Shown: positions 23,900 through 33,136, numbered from the stretch's first letter. The stretch is 64,000 nucleotides of DNA from an uncultured delta proteobacterium (GCA_963776345.1 CAVZMH010000012.1:64001-128000); one strand, 5' to 3'. Program-made: numbers and translations. Notes: generated by a model from the sequence alone, not told the origin.

Positions 23900-24565
23900 T
23901 CAGGCCGGCGGTGGATCCGCGAGACAGCCCTGCCCCTCGTGGTCGGCCGAGTTCACGTACGTCGAGACCGGCCGCCCCACCCAGGGCGGATGCACCCCGG
24001 CGAGCGCGTCTGCCCACCCCTCGAGCGGCACGCGCTCCCCGGACAGCCAGCGCGGGTACAGCCCGAGCGGCAGCACCACCGGCATCCGGTCGTGCACCGC
24101 CGCCGGCGCGCCGGCGGCGCGGGTGGTGAGGATGACGCAGCTCCGCACCACCGCGCCGTCGGGTCCGGTCCACTCGTCCCAGAGCCCCGCGAACCCGAAG
24201 GGCCGGTGGTCCGAGAGCTCGAAGAACCACGGCAGCTTCCGCCCGCCCTGGCGCAGCCACTCGTAGAACCCGTCCGCGAGCACCACGCACCGCCGCGTCT
24301 CCCCGGCCTGGAATGCCGGGCGGCGCGCGAGGTCCTCGAGCCGTGCGTTCACCAGCCGATCGCCCATGCGCGCATCCTTCGCCCAGGAGGGGACGAGCCC
24401 CCAGCGGAGCGCGGTCAGCCGCCGGGGCCGGTCGCTGCCGATGACCGGAACCTGGGCCCGCGGCGCGATGTTGAAGCGGGCCGGCAGCTCCTCGTCCGCG
24501 CCCTCGAGGCCGAACGCCTCGACCAGCTGGGACGCGTCGAGCCGGTCGGTGAAGCGGCCGCACAT
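23900..24565 (-). CDS. SRAP family abasic-site processing protein (YedK/HMCES-like)
   Basis: MCGRF N-terminus, RFNIAP, RWGLVPSW, NAR, GFYEW, HDRMP. Confidence 0.93.
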   Translation of the reverse strand: MCGRFTDRLDASQLVEAFGLEGADEELPARFNIAPRAQVPVIGSDRPRRLTALRWGLVPSWAKDARMGDRLVNARLEDLARRPAFQAGETRRCVVLADGFYEWLRQGGRKLPWFFELSDHRPFGFAGLWDEWTGPDGAVVRSCVILTTRAAGAPAAVHDRMPVVLPLGLYPRWLSGERVPLEGWADALAGVHPPWVGRPVSTYVNSADHEGQGCLADPPPA

Positions 24566-24603
24566 GGCGCCGCACTAACCCCGCGCGAACCCACGCGCAC
24601 GGC

Positions 24604-24619
24604 TGGCGCGGCGTGTGCA
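24604..24619 (+). promoter_or_regulatory. Candidate sigma54 (-24/-12) promoter
   Basis: TGGCGCGGCGTGTGCA: GG-N10-GC spacing correct, 2 mismatches to TGGCACG-N4-TTGC; about 115 nt upstream of the beta-barrel gene. Confidence 0.4.
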
Positions 24620-24735
24620 CAACGTTTCGTAGCCGCCCGTCGGTTGCCCGAAGGGCCAACGATGCTTTCTCTTGCGCGTCAGAGGGGCCTACGCCAGACC
24701 GGGGCTCCGGGCCGGAACCACCCCAAGGGGGTCTC

Positions 24736-25332
24736 ATGAACACGAAGGTCCTTTCCCTCGCCGCCGCGCTCGCGCTGGGCGGAGTGCTGCTCACCCCGTC
24801 CACCTCCACGGCGCAGACCGCCGACGAGCACAACAAGTACGTCGCCGTGAAGTTCGGCCCGTACTTCCCGACCGAGACCAACCCCTTCAGCGCGATCAGC
24901 GGGTCGGTCCAGAACTGGCCGACGAAGTGGGAGCTCGACGCCGCGTTCGGCGCGTACTGGGGCCTCTTCGGGCTGCAGCTCAGCGCCGGCTACCTGACCA
25001 CGGGGACGAGCGACGCCGATTTCAAGGCCTTTCCGATCCTGGCCATCGCCCGGATCCGGCTCCCCCTCGGCTTCATCGCCCCCTACGGCGAGGGCGGCGC
25101 GGGCGTCGCCATCAGCACCCTGAGCGGCGTCGGCGGCGCGAGCAGCACCGTGGCGGCGTTCGAGGGCATCGCCGGCGCAGGCGTGGACTTCTACCTCGGG
25201 CAGCTCCTGCTCGGCGCCGAGTTCAAGTACCTCTGGCTCAACCCGAGCTTCACCTTCACCGGGCAGCAGGCGGGAACCAGCTTCAAGTTCAACGGCATCA
25301 CCGTCCAGGCCTACGTCGGATACATGTTCTGA
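24736..25332 (+). CDS. Small outer-membrane beta-barrel protein (OmpA/OmpW-like)
   Basis: Signal peptide, alternating amphipathic strands (PYGEGGAG, GAGVDFYLG, LGAEFKY), C-terminal YVGYMF; RBS AAGGGGG. Confidence 0.8.
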   Translation: MNTKVLSLAAALALGGVLLTPSTSTAQTADEHNKYVAVKFGPYFPTETNPFSAISGSVQNWPTKWELDAAFGAYWGLFGLQLSAGYLTTGTSDADFKAFPILAIARIRLPLGFIAPYGEGGAGVAISTLSGVGGASSTVAAFEGIAGAGVDFYLGQLLLGAEFKYLWLNPSFTFTGQQAGTSFKFNGITVQAYVGYMF

Positions 25333-25393
25333 CGGGCTTGACCCGGCTGTTGCCCATGGTGATGACAGAGGTGTCCCTCTGGAGGTGACGCCC

Positions 25394-25815
25394 ATGTCGA
25401 CGGGTCAGGGAACCACCTGGGTGCTGGTCGCTGATGCGCGCCAGGCCCGAGTGCTGGAGGTGGAGGACGCGGGGCTGCCCCCACGGCTGCGGAGCACGGT
25501 GAACGCTCCGCCGCCCGAGGGGCTGTACCACCCGCCCGAGCACGGCTGGACGAACCGTCCGACCCGGGGCCCGGGGAGGACGAGCGGCGCCTGGCGCATG
25601 CCCTGGTGCAGACGCTGGAGCGCGGAGTGGCGGACAACCAGTTCCGGCACCTGGTCATGGTGGCCCCGCCGCATCTGCTGGGCGTGCTCCGCGAGTCGCT
25701 GCCCCGCGGGCTGGCGGACAAGCTCCGGGCGAGCACCGCAAAGGACTGGGGCCACGTGCCGGACGCCGAGCTGGCCGGTCACGTACGCCCGCTGGTGGAG
25801 ATCTGGCCCCGGTGA
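25394..25815 (+). CDS. Host-attachment family (baeRF-like) protein, frameshifted near 25575
   Basis: TWVLVADARQARVL in one frame; EDERRLAHAL...LVMVAPPHLLGVLRE...AKDW continues in the -1 frame after CCGGGGAG. Confidence 0.75.
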
Positions 25816-25841
25816 GCCGGGCCATGGGCTCCTAGACGCTC

Positions 25842-26600
25842 CTAGACGTCGTCGGCGGGCTTGACCGGCTGCGGCTTCGGCTCGACCAGGCGCTCGACGC
25901 GCCGGAGCTGATCGACGGCCTCGGTCACGGCGCTCACCCGCTCCAGCGCCTCGGCCCGGGCTCCTGGCTCGAGCAGCTCGCAGCGCGCGCTCAGCGCGGC
26001 CACCAGGCCGTGGATGGCCCGGAACGCGTCGCGGAGCACCTCCACGCCCGTGGGCGGCGTCAGGGCGGGCGTGGGACCCGTCTTGACGATCGCCGTCTCG
26101 CCGGGAACCAGCCGCGCCGCGCGCGACAGCACCCGGTCCATCTCGCTCCAGCGCTGGACGAGCACGTGAGCGAGCTCACGGACCTCCACGCCGTCGAAGG
26201 GACGCTTGAGGACCACCACCTGGTCCCGGTGGCCGAGCGCGTCGGCCGCGAGGTCCCAGACCTCGTCGGCGTTCGGGGCGACGAGGACCACCTGAAGCCG
26301 TGGGTCGTCCACCAGCAGCCGCCCGGCGATCTCCAGGGCGTCCTCGGGCTCGTCCGCGAGGTCGAACATCACGATGGCAGGGTAGGCGCCGATGCGGCGG
26401 AGCCGGCGGATCTCGTCCAGCCCGTCCGTCCCGCGGTAGGCGAACCAGATCTCGAACGGCGCGGCCTCGGGGGGCGGAGGCGGCCGGCCCTGCTCCTCGG
26501 CCTCGAGGACCGCGTCCCGGGCCCCGCCCGGTACCAGCATCTCCAGGAGCTGGAGGAAGAAGTCCTGTTCGGTCCCGAGGAGGACGATCCGGCTGTTCAC
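25842..26600 (-). CDS. Degenerate receiver-domain protein with C-terminal helical tail
   Basis: FEIWFAYRGTDGL, IVMFDL, DPRLQVVLV, VLKRPFD resemble a REC domain; the N-terminal acidic pair is not conserved. Confidence 0.6.
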   Translation of the reverse strand: MNSRIVLLGTEQDFFLQLLEMLVPGGARDAVLEAEEQGRPPPPPEAAPFEIWFAYRGTDGLDEIRRLRRIGAYPAIVMFDLADEPEDALEIAGRLLVDDPRLQVVLVAPNADEVWDLAADALGHRDQVVVLKRPFDGVEVRELAHVLVQRWSEMDRVLSRAARLVPGETAIVKTGPTPALTPPTGVEVLRDAFRAIHGLVAALSARCELLEPGARAEALERVSAVTEAVDQLRRVERLVEPKPQPVKPADDV

Positions 26601-26723
26601 GGCCCCTGGACTCTGCAACCGCCGATCCGCCTGGAACTGCCCTCGACACGGGGGGTTGCGAGTCCACAGGGGGGGTCAGCTGGGCCCAGCGGCGCAACAG
26701 ACAGGTCGCTCGTCACCCGGGGC

Positions 26724-27578
26724 TCACCGTGGCTCGTCGACCACCGGGTTCCGGAGCACGCCGACGCCGGAGATCTCCACCTCGAACACGTCGCCCGGCT
26801 TGAGCCACACCGGCGGCGCACGCTTGCTGCCGACACCCCCGGGCGTCCCGGTGGAGATGACGTCCCCCGGAACCAGCTCGGTGAAGGTGGTGATGTACGC
26901 GAGGAGCGCGGGGATGTCGAAGATGAGGAGGTCGGTGGTGGCGCGCTGCATCTCCACCTTGTTCAACCGGCCCACCAGAGTCAGGCGCGAGGGATCGGGG
27001 ATCTCGTCGGTGGTGACAATCCAGGGCCCGAAGCCGCCGGTGGCGAGGAAGTTCTTCCCCGGCGTGAACTGGCTGGTGTGCCGCTGCCAGTCGCGCAAGG
27101 TCGCGTCCTGGTAGCAGGAGTAGCCGGCCACGACCCCGAGCGCGTCCTCCCGGCTGACGTGGTGGGCGGGCTTGCCGATGACCACCGCCAGTTCGGCCTC
27201 GTAGTCGAATTCGGTCGACACCCGCGGGCGCACCAGCGGCTGCTCGTGCCCCACCTGGGTGTTGGCGAAGCGGGTGAAGAGCGTGGGGAACTCGCTCTCC
27301 TTACGCCCGGTCTCCTCCCGGTGGGCGACGTAGTTGACCCCGACGCAGAGGATCTTCTCCGGATGGGGAATGGGCGGGAGCCACGTCACGTCGGCGAGCC
27401 CGTGGTCGGCGGAGGCGCCCTCGGTGGCCCTCCGGACCTCGGCCAGCGCGCCCGCGGCCAGCGCCGCCCTCAGGGTGGGGTAGCGCCCGTCCAGGCGGGG
27501 CACCGCGTCCACCACCCCGCCCTCCACCACCTGTCCGAAGCCTTCCCGTCCCCGATGGATCCAGCTCGCGAGCCGCAT
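26724..27578 (-). CDS. Fumarylacetoacetate hydrolase family protein
   Basis: KILCVGVNY, DYEAEL, RDWQ, GKNF, PGDVISTGTPGGVG. Confidence 0.92.
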   Translation of the reverse strand: MRLASWIHRGREGFGQVVEGGVVDAVPRLDGRYPTLRAALAAGALAEVRRATEGASADHGLADVTWLPPIPHPEKILCVGVNYVAHREETGRKESEFPTLFTRFANTQVGHEQPLVRPRVSTEFDYEAELAVVIGKPAHHVSREDALGVVAGYSCYQDATLRDWQRHTSQFTPGKNFLATGGFGPWIVTTDEIPDPSRLTLVGRLNKVEMQRATTDLLIFDIPALLAYITTFTELVPGDVISTGTPGGVGSKRAPPVWLKPGDVFEVEISGVGVLRNPVVDEPR

Positions 27579-27645
27579 GGGCGGTTCCAGACCCCGTCCA
27601 GGACCGCTCGTCAAGCTCCACGTGGGCGGTTAGAAGCCTTCGGCT

Positions 27646-28164
27646 GTGGACAAGGACGCCTTCCTCTCCCTGGCACGCACCTGGGCGGCGACGGTCACCG
27701 TGGTGACCGCGCGCCGGCGCCCGACGGCCGTGACTCCCGAGGCGCCGGAGGTGGACGGCTTCACCGCCACGGCGTTCATGATGCTCTCGCTCGAGCCACC
27801 GCTCCTGGCGATCGGCGTGGCGCGCGACTCGGGCGCCGACGTGCTCATCGACGACGCCGACCACCTCGCGGTGAATCTGCTCTCCGAGGGCCAGTCCGAC
27901 GTGAGCCACGCCTTCGCCCGCCACCACCGCGACCGGGGCGACGCCTGGGAGCACTTCCCCTGGACCCTGGACGCGCAGGGGACGCCGCTCCTGGCCGGCA
28001 CCACCGGCGCCTTCAGCGCCCGCATCCTCGAGCGCCAGGGCCGGGGAGATCACCTCCTGGTGCTCGCCGAGGTGACCGCCATCCACCGGGGTGACACTTC
28101 CCGGACCCTGGTGTACCAGAACCGCGCCTACGCCCGGCTGACCCCGCTGATGCCGCACCGATGA
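27646..28164 (+). CDS. Flavin reductase-like protein (HpaC/DIM6/NTAB family)
   Basis: TVTVVT, GFTATAF, LSLEPPLL, AVNLL, GDHLLVLAEV, LVY. Confidence 0.85.
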   Translation: MDKDAFLSLARTWAATVTVVTARRRPTAVTPEAPEVDGFTATAFMMLSLEPPLLAIGVARDSGADVLIDDADHLAVNLLSEGQSDVSHAFARHHRDRGDAWEHFPWTLDAQGTPLLAGTTGAFSARILERQGRGDHLLVLAEVTAIHRGDTSRTLVYQNRAYARLTPLMPHR

Positions 28165-28213
28165 ATCGTCGTCGCTCCGCAGTCCAACGGAGAGACCGTT
28201 GCACGGAGAGACG

Positions 28214-29640
28214 ATGGACGCCGCACCGACACCGCTCGCTGTCTCCAGCCCCACCGGGGCCTCGCTCTGGTCCGAGCTCCGCGATGCGCTGCGCGGCACG
28301 CACCGCGACCTGACCGAGGCGCCGCTGGGGCGCGCCATCTTCGTCCTCGCCGTCCCCATGGTGCTGGAGATGGCCATGGAGTCGGTGTTCGCGGTGACCG
28401 ACGTGTTCTTCGTCGGCCGGCTCGGTGCGGATGCCGTCGCCACCGTCGGGCTCACCGAGACGATGGAGACGATGGTCTACGCGCTCGCCTTCGGGCTCTC
28501 CATCGGGGCCACGTCCCTGGTGGCGCGCCGGATGGGCGAGAAGGACGAGGAGGCCGCGGCACGCACCGCGGTGCAGGCCATCGGGCTCGGGCTGTTCTTC
28601 GGCGTCCCGCTCTCGGCTGCCGGGGCCCTGCTCGCGCCGACTCTGCTCCGGGCGATGGGCGGCTCGCCCTGGGTGCTGGAGCACGGCGTCCACTTCACCC
28701 GGGTGATGCTGGGGGCCAACGTCTCGGTCTGCTTGCTGTTCCTGATCAACGCCATCTTCCGCGGCGCGGGCGACGCCGCCACGGCGATGCGCGTGCTCTG
28801 GCTCGCCAACGGCATCAACATCGTGCTCGGGCCGTGCCTGGTGTTCGGGCTCGGGCCCTTCCCCCGGATGGGCGTGGTGGGCGCCGCGCTGGCCACCTCC
28901 ATCGGGCGGAGCACCGGGGTGCTCTACCAGCTGTATCGCCTGACCCGGGGCGACGGGCGGCTCACCGTCCGGATGCGGCACGTGCGGCTCGAGGCAGGGA
29001 CGATGCTCTCCGTCCTCCGGCTCTCGGGGGCGGGCACGCTCCAGACCGTGGTGGGGATGACCAGCTGGATCTTCCTGGTGCGGATCATCTCTCGCTTCGG
29101 GAGCCAGGCGGTGGCCGGCTACACCATCGCCATCCGGCTGGTGATCTTCGCCCTGCTCCCCTCGTTCGGCCTGGCCAACGCCGCGGCCACCTGGTGGGCC
29201 AGAACCTGGGGGCCAAGAAGCCGGACCGGGCCGAGCGTGCGGCCTGGAAGGCCGGCCACGTGGGCGCGGTCTTTCTGGGCACGGTCGGTCTGGTGTTCCT
29301 GGTCGCCGCCCCGCCCATCGTCGGCCTCTTCACCCGGGACCCGATGGTGCTGGAGCACGGCGTCCACGGGCTGCGGATCATCTCCGCCGGGTTCGCCTTC
29401 TATGCCTACGGCATGACCTTCACCCAGGCGCTCAACGGCGCCGGGGCGACCTGGGCGCCCACCTGGCTGAACGGCCTCTGCTTCTGGGCCTTCGAGCTGC
29501 CCCTGGCCTGGGTGCTCGCGGTCCGTGTCCACCTCGGGACCACCGGGGCGTACGTCGCCTGCCTCGCGGCCTGGACCCTGCTGGCCGTGGCCAGCGGCGC
29601 GGTCTTCCGGCGCGGCGCCTGGAAGCGGGTCGCGGTCTAG
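28214..29640 (+). CDS. MATE family efflux transporter, frameshifted near 29190
   Basis: LAVPMVLEM, D.FFVGRLG, FRGAGDA; GCC ACC TGG TGG restores to AATLVGQNLGA if one C is added; the C-terminal half lies in the 28834-29640 frame. Confidence 0.88.
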
Positions 29641-29654
29641 GCACCAGCGGCGGG

Positions 29655-29717
29655 GAAGAAAGAACCCGCCTCCCCGGTGGCCAGACACTGCGCCTCCAGC
29701 CACCAGGGGGCGGGCTT
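29655..29717 (-). terminator. Intrinsic terminator-like hairpin (minus strand)
   Basis: GCCCGCC-CCCTGGTGGCTGGA / TCTGGCCACCGGGG-A-GGCGGGT stem followed by TCTTTCTT; the G-U pairs form only on the minus strand. Confidence 0.7.
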
Positions 29718-29759
29718 GAAACCTGTGCGCCGCTCTCGTGCGCGCGGCCCTGCTTGGTC

Positions 29760-29804
29760 CTACGCCGCGCCCAGAGAGGCGACGCCTTGATTATGCTCGG
29801 TCAA
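29760..29804 (-). CDS. Putative 14-aa small ORF MTEHNQGVASLGAA
   Basis: AAAAGGAGGTGAT extended SD, 7 nt from AGGAGG to a TTG start, TAG stop. Confidence 0.4.
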   Translation of the reverse strand: MTEHNQGVASLGAA

Positions 29805-30029
29805 GGCATCACCTCCTTTTCGCCCCGCAGGGCGAAGCCGATCCTGTCGTCCCCCCGGCGGCGGCGCAACGTTTCTTGTGAGTGAGCATGGACGCGCGGC
29901 GCCGGTGCGCCGCTCCGCGGGCCTCCCCCCGGTGCGGGGGATTGCGCCCGGACCGCCGGAGCGGCAGAAGCGTCGAGCGCCTGCCCACCCCCCGGGGGAC
30001 GGGAGGAGGGCAGCGCCGAGGAGGAGCCG

Positions 30030-30437
30030 ATGGACCGCTGGACCACCGAGGTCACCCTGGAGGTGGCCTGGGGCGAGATGGACGCGCTCGGGCACGTGAA
30101 CAACGTCCGCTACATCGCCTGGGCCGAGACGGCGCGCATCGCCTTCTTCGAGAAGCTCGGGATGTCGACCCGCCCCACCGACCCCGTGGGGCCGATCCTC
30201 GCGCGCATCGAGTGCGACTACCTGGAGCCGGTGGAGTACCCGGCGCGAGTCACGGTGGGCATCCGGGCCGAGCGGGTGGGGAACACCAGCCTCTCGCTGG
30301 TGCACGAGGTGTGGCTCACCGGCGAGCCCCGCCGGGTGGTCGCCCGGGGACGGGCGGTGGTGGTCCTCATCAACTACGCCACGCAGGAGAAGGTCCGGGT
30401 CCCGGACTCCCTCCGCGCAGCGCTCGGCGCGAGCTGA
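30030..30437 (+). CDS. Acyl-CoA thioesterase (4HBT/YbgC hotdog fold)
   Basis: WGEMDALGHVNNVRY...ETAR; RBS GAGGAG. Confidence 0.9.
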   Translation: MDRWTTEVTLEVAWGEMDALGHVNNVRYIAWAETARIAFFEKLGMSTRPTDPVGPILARIECDYLEPVEYPARVTVGIRAERVGNTSLSLVHEVWLTGEPRRVVARGRAVVVLINYATQEKVRVPDSLRAALGAS

Positions 30438-30473
30438 GCCGGTCCCCGGCCGCGGCCGGCTCGGCGCCGACGC

Positions 30474-31529
30474 TCAGGGCTCCACGCGGGCCAGCGCCCG
30501 GATCGCCTCGGTGATGTCCCCGAGCTGCGGAACGCTCGCCATCTCCAGCGGATCCGCCAGGCCGATGCCCGGGACGAACTTCCCGGCCAGGAGCCGCGGC
30601 GGAGCGAGCAGCTGGTAGAAGAGCTCCTCCACCGTCCTGCGCACCAGGTGCTCACCGAAGTTGGTCACCTCGGTGTCCTCGTTGACGAAGAGCACCCGGC
30701 CGGTCTTCTTCACCGACTGGGCGATCATCTCCCAGTCGTAGGGCCACAGCGAGCGCAGGTCGATGACCTCGGCGGAGATGCCCTCGGACTCGAGCGCCTG
30801 GGCGGCCTTGACCGACAGCGGCAGCGTGCGCCCGTAGCTCACCACCGTGAGGTCCGTTCCCTCGCGCACCCGCTTCGCCTTGCCGATGGGCACGGTGTAC
30901 GGCTGCAGATCGGGCCACTGGGGCTTCCACTGCGAGCGGTCGCCGAGCGGCGCGTCGATCATCTTCGACAGCACCCGGTCGTCGCCGGGCTCGCCGGGGA
31001 TGGGCTCCTCGCCCTTCATCCGGAGCAGCGCCTTCGGCTCCAGCACCATCACCGGATTCTGGTCCTGGCAGGCCGAGAGCAGGAGCCCGTAGGCGTCGAG
31101 CGGCGTGGAGGGCATGACGATCTTCCACCCCGGGATGTGGGTCATCGTCGCGTCGAAGCTGTGCGAGTGGTAAATGCTGCCGCGGATCCCGGAGCCCACC
31201 GGCGTCCGCACCACCATCGGCACGTTCCAGTCGCCGTTGCTCGACCAGCAGGTGTTCCCGGCGAGCTTCAGCAGGTCGATGGTGTTGTAGACGTAGTCGC
31301 AGAACTGGATCTCCGCGACCGGCCGCTGCCCGGCGAGCGCCAGGCCGATGGCGCAGCCGATGATGCCCCGCTCGTCGAGCGGGCTGTTCCAGGCCGTCTT
31401 CAGCCCCTGCGTCGCGGTGAACACCCCTCCCAGGGGCGGCCCCACGTCCTCGCCGAAGACGTCGGTCACCCCGAGGTGCTCCTCGGCGTAGTGCAGCGCC
31501 AGCCGGATCGCCTGCGCCATGCTGGCCAT
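30474..31529 (-). CDS. 2-oxoacid (probably branched-chain) dehydrogenase E1 beta subunit
   Basis: FGEDVG, GGVFTATQGL, SPLDERGIIG, EIQFCDY, YHSHS, EVIDLRSL; ATG overlaps the alpha stop. Confidence 0.9.
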   Translation of the reverse strand: MASMAQAIRLALHYAEEHLGVTDVFGEDVGPPLGGVFTATQGLKTAWNSPLDERGIIGCAIGLALAGQRPVAEIQFCDYVYNTIDLLKLAGNTCWSSNGDWNVPMVVRTPVGSGIRGSIYHSHSFDATMTHIPGWKIVMPSTPLDAYGLLLSACQDQNPVMVLEPKALLRMKGEEPIPGEPGDDRVLSKMIDAPLGDRSQWKPQWPDLQPYTVPIGKAKRVREGTDLTVVSYGRTLPLSVKAAQALESEGISAEVIDLRSLWPYDWEMIAQSVKKTGRVLFVNEDTEVTNFGEHLVRRTVEELFYQLLAPPRLLAGKFVPGIGLADPLEMASVPQLGDITEAIRALARVEP

Positions 31530-32548
31530 CAGCGATCCTCCGCGTAGACGTGCTTCCAGATGCTGGCCGGCTCCGGCAGCGGCTCGTCGCGGACCGCACG
31601 GGCCTTGGCGGCGATCTCCTCGGTCCAGCGGGCGCGGACCTGATCCATCTCGGCGCGGGTGAGGATGCCGTGGGCCTCGAGCCGGGTCTCGAAGCCCGCG
31701 ATGCAGTCGCTCTCCCCGGTGACGGGGTTCGCGCCGGAGGCGCTGGAGTGGCCGTACAGCCGCGAGACCTTGGCCTCCATCAGGAACGGCTTCCGCTCCT
31801 GGCGCACGTACGCCATCGCCTTCTGCAGCTCGAGGTAGCTGACGATGGGGTCGTTCCCGTCGATGGTCCTGGCCTGCATGCCGAACGCCCTCCCGCGGTC
31901 GGCGATGGTCTTGCACCCCTGCTGGGTCGCGGCGGCGGTCGAGATGCCCCACTGGTTGTGGGTGACGACGATGAGGATCGGGAGCTCGTTTCCGGGCCGG
32001 GTGCTCCACACCAGGCAGCTGGCGAAGTCACCCTCGGCGGTGCCGGCGTCCCCGCCGGTGACGATGGTGATGCCGTCGCCCCCGTGGCGCTTCTGGGCCA
32101 GCGCCGTGCCCGGGGCCATCGCGTACTGCACCTCGATGGGGCTCGAGACCGGGACCACGTTCCATTCCCGCTTGCTGAAGTGGCCGGCGAAGTTCCGGCC
32201 CCCCGAGTAGGGGTCGCTCGCGGTGCTCTTCATCTGCCGGAGCGCGCCGATGGGGTCCTCGCCCAGCGCCATCAGCGTCGCGCTCTGGCGGTAGTGGGCG
32301 TGGAGGTAGTCGTACGCCGGGCCCTGGCCCTTCTTCATCAGGAGCCCGAGGGCGACGTTGAACGCCTCCTCCCCGGGGCCGCCGATCCAGAAGTAGCCGT
32401 GGCCCTGGCGGTACATCTGGATGAGCCGCTCCTCGAGCACCCGCGACTCGACCATCAGGTCGTGCATGCGGACGAGGAGCTGCCGCTCCAGCGGGAGGGG
32501 TTCCTTGACCAGCGTGGGGCGCCCGCGCCTGGAAGCCGGTTCGGTCAT
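31529..32548 (-). CDS. 2-oxoacid dehydrogenase E1 alpha subunit (TPP-dependent)
   Basis: GPGEEA, HYR, GGDAGTAEG...HNQWGIS TPP motif, IDGND, RLYGHSS. Confidence 0.9.
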   Translation of the reverse strand: MTEPASRRGRPTLVKEPLPLERQLLVRMHDLMVESRVLEERLIQMYRQGHGYFWIGGPGEEAFNVALGLLMKKGQGPAYDYLHAHYRQSATLMALGEDPIGALRQMKSTASDPYSGGRNFAGHFSKREWNVVPVSSPIEVQYAMAPGTALAQKRHGGDGITIVTGGDAGTAEGDFASCLVWSTRPGNELPILIVVTHNQWGISTAAATQQGCKTIADRGRAFGMQARTIDGNDPIVSYLELQKAMAYVRQERKPFLMEAKVSRLYGHSSASGANPVTGESDCIAGFETRLEAHGILTRAEMDQVRARWTEEIAAKARAVRDEPLPEPASIWKHVYAEDR

Positions 32549-32571
32549 GGCGCGGCCTATACCATCCCGGC

Positions 32572-32587
32572 GGCAGCATATGCTGCC
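32572..32587. promoter_or_regulatory. Perfect 16-bp palindrome in the divergent E1alpha/apt intergenic region
   Basis: GGCAGCATATGCTGCC is its own reverse complement and contains TATGCT on both strands. Confidence 0.6.
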
Positions 32588-32596
32588 CGCGAGGTC

Positions 32597-33136
32597 ATGA
32601 CCCCTCCCCTGCTCGAGGCCGTCGCTGCCCGCGTCCGGGACGTCCCGGACTTCCCCCGGCCCGGCGTCGTGTTCAAGGACCTGACCCCGGTGATGGCCGA
32701 CCCGCTGCTGTTCCACGGCATCGTCTCCGCGCTCGCCGCCCGGGTGGCGACGCTGGAGATCACCGAGGTGGTGGGCATCGAGGCCCGGGGCTTCATCCTC
32801 GGGGGCGCCCTGGCCGCCACGCTGCGTCGTGGATTCGTCCCGGTCCGCAAGCCGGGCAAGCTCCCCCGGAAGGCGCACCGGGAAGCCTACGGGCTCGAGT
32901 ACGGGCAGGACGCGCTCGAGCTGCACACCGACGCCCTGGTCCGGAACGCCCGGGTCCTGGTGGTGGATGACCTCCTCGCCACCGGGGGCACCGCCCTGGC
33001 CACCGAGAAGCTCATCCGCCGGGCCGGGGGGACGGTGGTGGGGTTCACCTTCCTGGTCGAGCTCGTATACCTGGGCGGGGCGGAACGGCTGGGCTCGGAC
33101 CGCGTCGTCTCCCTGCTCCAGTACGACCAGCCCTGA
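32597..33136 (+). CDS. apt: Adenine phosphoribosyltransferase
   Basis: VPDFPRPGVVFKDLTP, GIEARGF, RKPGKLP, YGLEYG, VDDLLATGGT. Confidence 0.95.
   Translation: MTPPLLEAVAARVRDVPDFPRPGVVFKDLTPVMADPLLFHGIVSALAARVATLEITEVVGIEARGFILGGALAATLRRGFVPVRKPGKLPRKAHREAYGLEYGQDALELHTDALVRNARVLVVDDLLATGGTALATEKLIRRAGGTVVGFTFLVELVYLGGAERLGSDRVVSLLQYDQP

Larger units (their letters stand above)
29655..29850 (-). ncRNA. Putative structured small RNA (four consecutive stem-loops ending in a terminator); 5' end approximate
   Basis: Hairpins at 29819-29836, 29781-29810, about 29728-29781 and 29663-29717 in an intergenic gap; wobble-pair polarity indicates the minus strand. Confidence 0.55.

Noticed and set aside
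29808..29819. ATCACCTCCTTT as a 16S rRNA 3' fragment
   Set aside because: Only 12 nt match and the flanks do not resemble rRNA; better read as an SD on the minus strand.
29645..29850. tmRNA, suggested by a peptide ending LGAA and GGAGGCGGGTTC...CCCCGCCGC resembling a T-arm
   Set aside because: Too short (~200 nt), no GGTTCGA T-loop, no acceptor stem or CCA end, and the ORF has its own SD and start. Kept only as an unknown structured RNA.
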